Shown here piece after piece: positions 38,146 through 50,454 of a stretch of 64,000 nucleotides of DNA. Position 1 is the first letter of the stretch. Every line of letters begins with the position of its first letter. The DNA lies in the NCBI RefSeq assembly GCF_035594765.1, contig NC_085841.1:225959326-226023325 (forward strand). The letters run 5' to 3'. The notes under the pieces are model-generated. The model was given only the letters and a program-made list of their open reading frames with translations, was not told the origin of the DNA and made no database searches. The DNA comes from Anolis carolinensis. Taxonomy: Eukaryota. A program made the translations under genes and the position numbers.

Positions 38146-41100
38146 CAAAACACACAAAAGAGAAAGTCACTACAAAAGAGAAAGATAAACTACTCGGTAT
38201 ATGCAGACTAAACACATACGCAAAACTAAAGCAGAACCAATGGGAACTTTTAAGTACAGGCATATATTATTACAGAAAATTCATATATTTATTTTGCATT
38301 AGAGATATCATTTGAAAATTGAGAGTTTGCAACATTGCACCACCAATATTTTCAAACTCATATAATAGGATTACAAATACATCATATATATTTTAAGCAA
38401 CACTCTTCCAACAGGGGAATTATTTGGCCAGAATTCAGATACCTCTCATGCACATGGATTTCTTTTTCTTCGGGTGCTATGGAGGTTGCTGAAATCCAAT
38501 CTTCTGAACTACTTCAAAGCCCCAAAGCAGCTTCATATAGGCAGCCTGTGCTTCAAGGTGAGCAGGCAGGATGAGGGAAGCTTGGCAATTTCCTCCATCA
38601 AATCAGACAACAATGATTACAAAACCAGTGAGACCTCCATAAGACTTCTACAAATCTTAGAGCTGATGTCACTGTTTTCCAATCCTGGCTGCTCGCGCTG
38701 AAACATGAAATGCCTGTGTGAAGCAGCTATAGGGCTTTAAAGTAAGTCAAGAGTGGTGGTATATGGGTCAGAGTAATATAAGGTCTTCATGCAGATCTTT
38801 ACACTACATTGAGACAATGTTGAATTGAGGCCACTGATTTCAGCTGCCTTTCACAAAGAAACATAAGCTGCAATGCAGTGTAAATTTATCTCCTTAGGAG
38901 TATAGCTTTACATTAACAGAGCAATTTCACTTTTGGAATAAACTATAGATACGCAAATCATTTAAAAAGTATACATCTGGTTTGCATCTCACTATTACTA
39001 TTAGCCTAATTCATAAGAACTTCTTTATTTACTAAATAAAGTCATATGACAAGTCAGGGAATTATGGGATTCCAGCTTATCAGTTACGAGCAGCATGCTA
39101 GTGCACGCTGCCCAACTGCTCCAAACTGCAGCAACAGCAGCTAAACAAACCACAAAGATTTGCTCTGTGGTTATTTTTGTGTGTCATCCTCACATGAGTA
39201 CTTTGTGTTCTGCTTTGTTTCTCTTCCAAAAATCTGACAAACATACCAAAAGCAAATCACTACATAAGACAAGTGAGGGAAATATAATAGCAGTAAGTTT
39301 GGTAATGTTTCACACAGTGATTTAGTTCCCAGTAAATCTCTGTAGGGCAGTCTATAAATATGGCTTTATGAATGAGTGAAAAGTGTTACGTGACTTTAAA
39401 ACGGATTAAAGACCAATAAATTCTGTGAACTATGAAAAATGAAACTGGAGAGGGACAGCTAATGTAAAAACTGACAATACAATCATACACCAACACGTAT
39501 GTTAAGTAAGAGATAGTTTTTAAAAAGCTTTCCCAAAATACAGTGTTCAAAGCAAATCTTTACACATATCATTTAGGTCATTAGGTTCACATAGCTTATC
39601 TGCTCTAATGTGGCTAAACACTACAGTCACAAACAAAAGATAAAGAAATTACTGGTAGCTGAAATACATTTCTGAATTTTTTTTGATATTCTCGATATTG
39701 TTACAAGAGAAAAACACAGAAAAGCCCTGAATAATACAAATCTTCCTCAGAATATTTCATAAACTATCTCTGAAACAATGTTCATAATTGTTTTTTCTAA
39801 AAACTCAGAATCTAATCAATTCCTCAATCAAATATTATTCATAAGTAAAAGGCATAATAAATAAGAGTAATAAAATAAAAGATTTGCTCCGTTACTGGTG
39901 GGCACTGGTTTGCTCTGACTCAGTTACAGAGAAGTACTTATTCTTCAGCATGTTCCTCCTTTTTGGAGCACCACAATCTATCTGCTATGAAAGGTCTAGT
40001 ATGTTGATGGACTACCTTGTGATCAAGGCTATAGCTGGACTGTTTATCTTTTCCAATCAAGTCAGGTATTGAATGTACTGTACTATATTGGTTTTTTTTT
40101 TAAAGTACAGTACAATCATAGTAACCACAGGCAAGAAAGAAGGTAGAAGGAGGACAGAATATTACCTTATTTCATCTACAAAAAAAAAAAAAGAGAGAGG
40201 AGAAATTCCAGAGAAATGTAGCTTTCTGTCTCTCTTCTTTCAGTCCACAACAGAATAGTCAATTATATCATCACAATCTAGAAATTTTTATAGTGAATTC
40301 CAATGTACATTTGGACAGCTGACTGGATCAATATAAGGAAAAAATTGGAATTTGACTTGGAACCAAATAGGTAAATGTCTACAAATGGCAGAATAACCCC
40401 CTATTTTTTCATAACTTATATCTGCTGGCAGAATACAGATATCCGTGGAACCGATATATGCTTTCACTTAAACTTGCTTACATTTATTCACTAGAGCTTC
40501 TTGTACATGCTACACTCTATTCTCTGTGCCTCTGTCGTTCATTGAAAATAGGGTTCACTATTATCTGTGGCTTCATGTATCCACATAAAGTCCAAAATAT
40601 GTCATGTAGATATGGAGGTTATACTGTACCCACATAGGCATAGAATACTTCAAGGAAGATAATGCATTTTGCTATATCAGTCTGTGATCAATATACACAC
40701 TATAAACCAAAAGTAAAACATGTTTATTTGGGACTCAATGCAATTCCTCAATATATGAATCTTATGAGAGAAACAAACCACTCTCTTGTATTACGGTATT
40801 CAATCATTCAAGAAGTCAGTCCAAGCAGTAATGGCAATCTTCTTGAAGATACAATTTATCTTTTCCTTGACAAAATTTCCTTTTTGGACTTAGAATTTCC
40901 TTTAGTATGACATTTAAACTTTTTTCAACAGTGCCCAGAATTGAATATTCTATTATATCGTAAAAGGTCATGCCATTATCTCAAGCCTAGCCCAATTCAT
41001 CCATATACAGACTAAAACAAGTGTTTCCAGGGGGTTTAAAGGCAATAAGAATAAAAGCACCTAGGCCTTCCTGAGCAATCTTTTACAATCTAGGGCCATT

Positions 41101-41699
41101 ACCTTACAATGAAAGGCCAATCCCTAGTACTCACTCGTCTTATAATACTATTACAGGCAGAAAGAAAGTAGAATGCCTAAAACTAATCTTAAATGTTTTG
41201 ATAGATTTCTTTTTTAAAAAAAAAAAACCTCTCAAAATGTATACATAGCAAAAGCTAGAACCTTGAACTGGACAAGGAAAAAGACTGCTAAAGTAATCAA
41301 TCCACAACTGGCACAACCAAAGTACTTAATACTCAAATGTCTTCTAATTCTTGCCTTCTCTATCAGCTGCAGTTTCTGAATATCTTCTAGGGCAGTCTCA
41401 AGCAGAGCGCATTACAGTACGTTTTTAGCATTTCTTGTCTGGAATTCCCAAATCCAAAATATTACAAAAATGTCTTCATGGGTGACTGAGATAGTGACAT
41501 CTTTGCTTTCTGCAGGTTCAGCATACACAAACAAACTTGTACTTAAAATTACTTTATGCAACATAAATGAATTTCATGTTTAGACTTTGGTTTCATCTTC
41601 AAAATATTTAATTAAGTATGTATATGCAAATGCAGGTATTTAAAGGATACTCAGCCTATAATGACACCTAGATGTAAACAATGCTTTATATTGACTTTT

Positions 41700-41855
41700 A
41701 TGACTGTTTTTAATCATGTTGAAGTTTTACTTCTCGGTTTAATGTTTTATCTGATTTGTGCTGTCGTGTCTGGGCATGGCCCCATGTAAGCCGCCCCGAG
41801 TCCCTCCGGGGAGATGGGGCGGGATATAAGAATAAAATTATTATTATTATTATTA
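41700..41855 (+). mobile_element. L2 3' tail with (TTA)n
   Basis: 'gtaagccgccccgagtccctccggggagatggggcgggatataag' plus (tta)n. A similar stub lies at 23862-23928. Confidence 0.75.
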
Positions 41856-44640
41856 ATGCTATTTTTTATTGGAGGTAATTCATTTTTTCCCCTCAAGTAC
41901 AGGAGCAGCTACTGAACCAGCCTGATCTGACAAAAAACATTCTTGACAATGAATAGCATTTTTGTGTCTGCAATTTCAATATCCAAGGGTTTAAGCCAGA
42001 TGGTGTATCTAGATTTAAATTTACATCCATGTTGATATGAATCCACAGTACTTTCATTTTATTTAGAATACCCTAAATACAAGCCAAAATATTTTATTTT
42101 AAAAAACAACAACCCAAAAACCTGGGTTAACCTATCCATGGGTCAATAAAAGTACTATAGCTTTTATTCAAACCCCCACCCCTTCTCTGAGTAAAGTGGT
42201 GAAAGCCAAGAGAGCAGTCCATGCTGGAAATGCTTATAAAAGAACCACCAACCCAGTCTACTTTCTCTACCATGGTGACACTTCTAACCTTTTTAAATAC
42301 CTGAGCAGGGAAAAGGTGTGAGCTGGGGAGGCTGGCACCCTGAGACAGTAGTGGCACTTTCCTCTCTCTGTGGAATACTAGACTTATCAATGGGTCATAT
42401 CAAATTTCAAAATTTTAGCCCCCAAATTTGCCATCACCTTGTACATGATAAGTGAAAACTTCAAAAGTCCTCATTCATTTACGTATCTCCCACTAACGTC
42501 AGTCTTTGAGACTCTCTGGGATAGACAGCAGAAAAGTAAAACAGAACTTCATGTCATCTTTTATCTATAACACCTCAGCCCAAATCCCTGACTGACTTTT
42601 GCCAACAATGTTATGCAGATGTAAAATAAAAAAACACAAAAACACGAGGACAAAATGGACAAAAAACAAAATAAATTTATCTCAGTAACACCTTCCAAAC
42701 TATTTTGAAAGCTTTGTTTAATATCTTCAAAAACAAACACCAAATTTCTCTTATGGTTCCCAATTCAACAACAGTAACACAATATGTTAACAGGAATATA
42801 CAGGACTGAGTCAGCTTTCTGTATACACAAAGGATTGGCTCCAGGACATCCCACAGATAAAAAAAATGTGGATGCTGGAGCTCTTATACCGAGCCCAACC
42901 CAAGCCTCTCACTCTCACTCCCGTGTGTAGCCAAAGGCAAATATGGCACACAAGTCCCAGTCTATCCACTCTAACAGCCAGTTTATATGTCCCACAGCTT
43001 TTTTAAAATATGTATTAATTTATTATCAGTTAGTAACTCATTGAATCAATGGATCTGATCACATATAGTGGGGATGCATTTAAGCTTGTATCTCATGAAA
43101 ATAGCTCTTCGCTATTTTCAAGAGATACAAGCAGTATTAGCACAGCAGTAACTGTCAACACTTCCTTCATGTTTTGAACTTTTAGTTTGATACTCAGACT
43201 AATATTATATGTAAATTTAAATGAATACACAAAGAAACATGCTGAGTTATAAAAATTGGGTAATGCAAAGAGGCCATATAAGAAAGAAGTACCTATACAT
43301 TTTGTCACTGCAAAATACTTTTACCATGTACTTCTAGAAGTTGCAAACTATTTCACTGAGTTCCAAACTGATGTGTTATAGGATTAATATCTATTATCCA
43401 AAATACTTTGGATCAATGTTTTGTATGTGAGATTTTGAAACAGCTGTATTTGTTTATACATACATAATGAAATAACCTGGAGATGAGAATCAAGTGTAAA
43501 CAAGGAATTCATGTATGTTGCATATATAACATGCACAAATAGCCTGAACGTTTTTTTTATTCATAGTATTTGTAATAATTGTATGCATGAAGCAAAGTTT
43601 GTATACATTTAAACATCAGAGGTGTCACTATCTTAGCCACCCACATGAACAATTTAGAGGTTTAGGATTTAGGAATTTCAGATAAGACATACTCAACCAT
43701 TATAGTAATTGCATCTGGACCATTGTTCAAAGGAAACATTGTGTAGGTCTATGATTTAAACCATCTTGAATTAAATCAAATTACTCTGCCCCCTTCTGGG
43801 CCCATATTCCCAATAATGACTAAAATATGGATATTATTATGGCCAATGGTACTGAAAGCCATACACAACCAGCATACATTCTCCATGGCTGCAAAGACAT
43901 ATTAAAGGCCAGCACTGAAAGATTTCATGAGTCAGAACAAACAAATATTGGAACAGACTCAGTCCTCAAAGCAACCTGTCAATATCCTCATACTAAACAA
44001 GCTGGAAAATAAACTCTAATAACGCCAGATTATGCTTTGAATGTCCATCCCAAGTTTTTTTAATGGTAGTCGTCACAGTGGATAGGAAATATTTCTTGTA
44101 AAAAATATAGTACAAACTGACCACAGCAGGCTTTGGAGCGCTCCAACTGCTGCCCCACTGGGCCTGTAAGAAGTAGATTTCTAACTGCTGAAGAGCATAC
44201 AGCTGGAAGATACTGTACAGATGCCACCATAGTGGGAAAATAAATATGTGATTATCAACACTGCAGCTGGGCTCTTTTACATTGAGTTAAATCATTTATT
44301 TCTATAAAGGTGACAGTTGATGCTGCATGACAGTTTGAATAACATCTATCACCTTAAAAGAAAACGTATTTCAAATTTTATGCCAGCTTTTAAAATATAC
44401 AATTCCTAACTATAATGTAAATCATACAAGATTTTATGGTTTCTTTCCATGATGTGTCTGTAAATTTGTCAACATTCCAACTTATTCAAAAAGTCATGCA
44501 CATTTCTAGATATTTTAGTCAAAAAATCAAGCCCAATGGATCAGTGTGAATACTGTACACAAACTTATCAAAAAAAGAAACCATTCCTTTCTCTGAGTAC
44601 AGTGCAGAATGAACTTAGTCAGTTTCCGTAGAACTTAAAG

Positions 44641-44774
44641 CAGTGGTTCTCAACCTAGGGTCCCCAGATGTTTTTGGCCTACAACTCCCAGAAATATCTG
44701 CCAGTTTACCAGCTGTTAGGATTTCTGGGAGTTGAAGGCTAAAACCATCTGGGGACCCAGGTTGAGAACCACTG
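44641..44774. mobile_element. 134-bp hAT MITE with SPIN-type TIRs
   Basis: TIRs CAGTGGTTCTCAACCT / AGGTTGAGAACCACTG. TSD acttaaag/acctaaaa. Confidence 0.9.
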
Positions 44775-46534
44775 ACCTAAAAGAAGCACTGACATCCCTA
44801 CTCTCTTCTCCACTGCACCACTTCTGCCCTTTTTGAATGCCTGGACAGGGAAATGGCATCAGCAGTCAAAAGCAGCTAGTTCCAAGGCTGCATTGGTGCT
44901 TTTTCCTCTTTATGAAATGGTGCTTGACTTATCCACAGGCCGTATCAAAATCCGTAATTTCGGCCCAGAAACCTTCTCTCAATTTATATATGATGTCAAC
45001 CTATACATGAGTATATAGGTGAGCCTTTTTCAGGGCAGAAAGTTGAGATAAACATTTTAATATATCTTGGTTACATTGCTTGGGAACTTGTTTTATGATT
45101 AGTTTTAAGTTCTGGGTGGTTTCTTTTTTGTTTTGTTTTACTGCTTGTTGGTATAGATTAGGTCTACACAACATGTGGACCAGGGGCTGGATGCAGCCTT
45201 CACAAGGGTTTTGTGCAGCCTGCAGAGACTCTTGCCCTAACTTTAGAGAGGGTGGTCACATGCAGCACTACAGCAGAATAGCAATTGCTACAACCTCCTC
45301 CAAGTGATTTACCTCTACACACTTCCTTTCTGTATGTACCAAAGTTACCAAACTGACATGTGACAAAGGGGGCACTACCAATAGATCCAGTCATCATGCT
45401 GGAAGTCCTGGTCTCAACTGGAAACGTGGCCTGGAGAGGTTGTTGGTCTCAGGTTGGAGGAGTGGGGAGAAGGGATGAAATCTTTAGGGATATCGGACCT
45501 TGACTGAGGAAGGTTGAAATCTTGGGCTCCAGGTTATGATAAGATTTAACATGAGATTTGCTATTTTAGAGGGAGAAGGACGAAGTAAAGAAGAAACGCC
45601 CCAGTGGTTGCCTTTGCCGCTCTTCCTTTCTCTATGCTTCTATCAACTGGCGGCAAAAACGCCAATGCTGCACTGTTTGCTTGTGAGGGAAAAATTTGAC
45701 TACGCCACTTTTCCTCTTTCTTTGCTTCTAGCTTGCTTGTCTTCTCCTCCGATGGGAAAACCATCAACTCACTACAATTTATTTCCCTCACTTGTGAAAG
45801 AGAAAAGTAGCTTCACCATGAAATTGCTGTGGAGTCTTCATAGCAAGACAACCATTTCTCCCTCACAAGCAAAAGAAACGAATGGCGCAGAGCTGACAAG
45901 TGTTTCTCTCCATAAGAGAAGGAGGTGATGAAGGCAAACCAGAGGCAAAGAGAAAGGAAGGCAAGAACTGAGGTACTTCTTTCCCTCAGAAAAGGACTGC
46001 CATCATTTTGAGGGAAGGTGGAGAAATCGAGGCTAATCTAATTTGCTGCTTGCTCTGAGGAAAAGGCCCCCTCCCACAAACCTGGAGTGAGGTGCTAAAA
46101 AGCCTATTTAATTTCAGCCTCCTACTACTGACAAATTGTGCAAGCCTGGTATAGATAGTCCTTGTAGAGAATTCCACAGACTAAAATAAAACTGGGGAGG
46201 GGAAAAAACAGATGGATTAAAATGATTATTTTTTTAAAAAAATGATATTGGACAAGGTCTAACAGTGGAATTTCACTGGAGGATGGCAGAATCCCAAATG
46301 GAACAGGAAAGGATAATCCCTTGCCCACTTGTAGCCTACTACTTAGCACCAACTGTAGGACGGAGAAGTCCTCCTCAGTTAATTTTCTGATGGCATTTAG
46401 TATTGTGGAAAGGATGAAAATATAACCTTCGCTGGATTTAGTCTTTTTGTTAAATCAGATACAAGCTTGTGAAACCTACACTGAGAATACTTTAAAAGTG
46501 AATTCATACCTTAAAGCAAATACAGTGAATTAGG

Positions 46535-46669
46535 TAATGGTTCTCAACCTGTGGGTCTCCAGATGTTTTGGACTTCAACTCCCAGGAATCCTAACAGCTG
46601 GTAAACTGACTGGGATTTCTGGAAGTTGTAGGCCAAAACATCTGGTTACCCACAGGTTGAGAACCACTG
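46535..46669. mobile_element. hAT MITE with SPIN-type TIRs
   Basis: Same palindromic family, opposite orientation. Confidence 0.85.
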
Positions 46670-47258
46670 AGTTAGAGGATTTCCCCAGAGAAAACTCTTT
46701 GAGATAAATCTTTAATTTTTAAAATGTTTGCTTGCCATAGGAAATGGACAGAGCCCTGATTTCCCCTCCTGCTAAGAATCCCAAAGGGATCAATACATCT
46801 TCCTTGGCTACACTGGCCTTTGGAGGCTTCTGAAGTCTCAAGTACGTTCTCTGCCAACCATTCTTGGTCCATGTTTGATAAAACCCACTTCAAACCAAAT
46901 CATAATTAAGCAAACATAGTATGGCAGCGATGTCTCAACAGAACTTTTGGTTCAAATTCTGCTTTTCTGAGGTAAAAATATATAATAAAAGATCAAAATA
47001 CTCCTTTTGAGATCAAGCTTTTATACATAAATACAAAGTAGGAGATCTACCATTATCATTGTGCAAATATTGAATATTCTGTCAGTCACACTATATTACC
47101 ATTTATTTTCCATGTCATAAAAATCACCCTTGATTCACTAAGGCTTTCAAGGTGTTTGTAAATGCTGTTTTAGTTTTTTCACTTTTATACAGAAAAGCAT
47201 AATTTAACAGACACGCAAACTGCCATGGCCAGAGGTTTTATATTATGTTGATCTAGAA

Positions 47259-47908
47259 CAGTGGTTCTTAACCTTCGTAATGCTGCGACCCCTTAATACA
47301 GTTCCTCATGCTATGGTGACCCCCAACCATAAAATTATTTTTGTTGCTACTTCATAACTGTCATTTTGCTATGTCCAAATTTGAATACTGGTGGGGTGGA
47401 TTGATTTTGCCATTTGGGAGTTGTAGTTGCTGGGATTTATAGTTCACCTACAATCAAAGAGAATTCTGAAATACACCAACGATGGAACTGAACCGAACTT
47501 GGAACACAGAACTCCAGTGACCAACAGAAAATACTGGAAGGGTTGTTGGGCATTGACCTTGGGTTTGGGAGTTATACATCGAGAAAGCACTGTGGACTCT
47601 GGTCCAAACATGGCACGAATACTCAATAGGCTCAAATGTGAACACTGGTGGAATTTGGGTAAAACAGACTTTGACATTTGGGAGTTGTAGTTGATGGGAT
47701 TTACAGTTCACCTACAATCAAAGAGCTCCTTAAACCCCACTGACAGAACTGGGCGAAAGAACTGGCGGAGAGGTCTTCAACCTTCTCTGCCAAAGGGGTT
47801 GCCTAAGATCATCAGAAATATATATCTTCTGATGGCCTTTGGCGATCCTCTCTGAAGCCCTCTTGCGACCCCTCCCAGGGGTCCTGACCCCCAGGTTGAA
47901 AAACTCTG
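47259..47908. mobile_element. SPIN/URR1-like hAT non-autonomous element (650 bp)
   Basis: Perfect TSD atctagaa. The 5' part 'cagtggttcttaaccttcgtaatgctgcgaccccttaatacagttcctcatg...aaccataaaattattt' matches the SPIN/URR1 end as I recall it. Confidence 0.88.
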
Positions 47909-48075
47909 ATCTAGAATAATAGCAATATTTTAGTTTGAGTTATATTTTTATTGCAAGCATATTCACAATATATATACATTAAAATCTCATGTATTTTCAT
48001 TGGTACCAGTGGTTTATATTGTTTCAATGTAATGCAATCCATACTAAAACCATCAGGAGTTTAGATCTTTTAGGG

Positions 48076-48209
48076 CAATAGTTCTCAACCTGGGGTCCCC
48101 AAATGTTTTTGGCCTCCAACTCCCAGAAATCATAATTGCTGGTAAACTGGCTGGGATTTCTGAGAGTTGTAGGCCAAAAACATCTGGGGACCCCGCCCAA
48201 AAACCACTG
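48076..48209. mobile_element. hAT MITE with SPIN-type TIRs
   Basis: Same family. TSD ttttaggg/ttttggag. Confidence 0.85.
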
Positions 48210-48268
48210 TTTTGGAGAGGTCACAATTCAACCTATAAATATTTGCAACTATACAGCATTATCTTCTA

Positions 48269-49432
48269 TCTTCTATATATACATATATATATATACTAGC
48301 TGTGTCCGGCCACGCGTTGCTGTGGCTAGGACTTTATTTTTCTTTTCTTTTTGTTGTATGAATGTAGAGGCGTGGATGAGAGATTGTGCTGTCAATTTTC
48401 AAGGATGTGGGGCATTTAGTTTAGTTGTTTTGTCCGGTGCTGTGATTCCATTACCCTTTTATATATATATAGAAGATATATAAAAGGGTAATGAAATTTC
48501 GGCCTAGGACAAAACAAAACTACAAATCCCAGAAACACTAAACTTGGCAGCACAACCCCTCATCCATCCCTCTGCGTTCATAAAACAAAAAGAAAAGAAA
48601 AATAAAGTCCTAATTAGAGGGAGAGGAATAATTGTTTTTATCCAATTGCTGCCAGTTAGAAGGCAAAGCTCCACCCACTTGGTCTCCTAGCAACCCACTC
48701 AGCCCAGGGGACAGGCAGAGTTAGGCCTCACTTAGGCCTCTTCCAAACTGCCCATAAAATACAGATTAGCAGATTTGAACTGGATTATATGGCCGTGTAG
48801 ACTCAAGGCCCTTCCACACAGCTATACAACCCATTTATAATTTATATTATCTGCTTTGAACTGGATTATCTTGACTCCACACTGCCATATAATCCACTTC
48901 AGCGTGCATTTTATCCAGCTGTGTAGAAGGGGCCTCATATAATCCAGTTCAAAGCAGATAATATAAGATTATAAATATACAGTAGAGTCTCACTCATCCA
49001 ACATAAACAGGCCGGCAGAATGTTGGATAAGTGAATATGTTGGATAATAAGAAAGGATTCAGGAAAAGCCGATTAAACATCAAATTAGGTAATCATTATA
49101 CAAATTAAGCACCAAAACATCATGTTATACAACAAATTTGACAGAAAAAGTAGTTCCATGCGCAGTAATGCTATGTAGTAATTACTGTATTTACAAATTT
49201 ACCACCAAAATATCACAATGAATTTAAAACACTGACTACAAAAACATTGACTACTAAAAGGCAGACTGTGTTAGATAATCCAGAACAGTGGATAAGTGAA
49301 TGTTGGATAAGTGAGATTTGACTCTACAGGGGAAAACCTTTACCCTTTACCTTAACTACCACCAATTCATCAATACTTTATTTCCCATACCACCATACTT
49401 CGCCACAGCAACGCGTGGCCGGGCAGAGCTAG
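48269..49432 (+). mobile_element. Composite non-autonomous Helitron
   Basis: 5' end A|TCTTCTATATAT. 3' hairpin GCCACagcaacgcGTGGC followed by CTAG|T at 49429-49433. No TSD. Confidence 0.85.
48296..48476 (-). mobile_element. Short (181-bp) Helitron nested in the head of the previous one
   Basis: Minus strand: TCTTCTATATATATATAAAAGGG...GCCACAGCAACGCGTGGCCGGACACAGCTAG, inserted between A48295 and T48477. Confidence 0.85.
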
Positions 49433-49764
49433 TAAGTATATAATAGGATAACCTTTGTTTTACACTTCTCAGACTCTCCACTCTTGCATGATATCTACAC
49501 TCCTGAGAAGCATCTGTTATAAGCTTCTCAGAAAAGATGCACTGATGAGTACTGTCTGAGAAATCACACATTTTAGGAAAACTACACCATATCTAGGTCA
49601 CATTTTTAGTTTATCATAAACAGTCAATAATAATAACAAAACTTTTAGACATAAAAATATTATCTAATAAAATAAGGTGTTTTAGATTGATTTTAAATAC
49701 TAAAATACTTTTGTACTATATAACAAAATAAAACATATTTTGTACTATATAACAAAATAAAGAA

Positions 49765-50082
49765 TAAAGGTAAAGGTTTCCCCTGACATTAAGTCCAGTC
49801 ATGTCTGACTTTGGGGGTTGGTGCTCATCTCCATTTCTAAGCCGAAAAGCCGGCATTGTCTGTAGACACCTCCAAGGTCATGTGGCCGGCATGACTACAT
49901 GGAGCGCTGTTACCTTCCAGCCGGAGCGGTACCTATTGATCTACTCACATTGGCATGTTTTCGAACTGCTAGGTTGGCAGAAGCTGGAGCTAACAGCGGC
50001 CGCTCACACCGCTCCCGGGGTTTGAACCTGGGACCTTTTGGTCTCCAGCTCAGTGCTTTAACGCACTTCACCACCGGGGCTC
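49765..50082 (-). mobile_element. Full-length Sauria SINE
   Basis: (ACCTTT)n tail, tRNA-like head, and a 13-bp TSD acaaaataaagaa at 49752-49764 and 50083-50095. Confidence 0.93.
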
Positions 50083-50239
50083 ACAAAATAAAGAACTTAC
50101 CAGCAAAATAAAAGAGCCGGAAACATTCCTACCAGATCCAGATTGCATTAGTCTACCATAGGTACCATTAAAATCAGTGGGAGATGTCATTAATGACTGG
50201 AGTTACACTGAAGTCAAAGGAATGCAATTCAACTAACTT

Positions 50240-50454
50240 GAGGTACACTGCAGAATTAATGCAGTTTGTCACCACTTTAATGATAATGGCATAATGCTAT
50301 GGAATTATAGGAATTAGTTTTTTAAAGTATTTTGTCTTCTCTGCCAAATGGTGTTGGTGCCTCACCAATCTACAACTCCCTTAATTCCATAGCATTCAGC
50401 CATGGACATTAAAATGGTGTCAAACTGCATTGATTCTACAGTGTAGATGCACCC
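50240..50454. mobile_element. Palindromic MITE (probably PIF/Harbinger)
   Basis: Long inverted arms 'tacactgcagaattaatgcagtttg' / 'caaactgcattgattctacagtgtagatgcaccc'. Related copies at 22133-22351 and 62835-62981; another palindromic family at 61845-61993. Confidence 0.7.
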
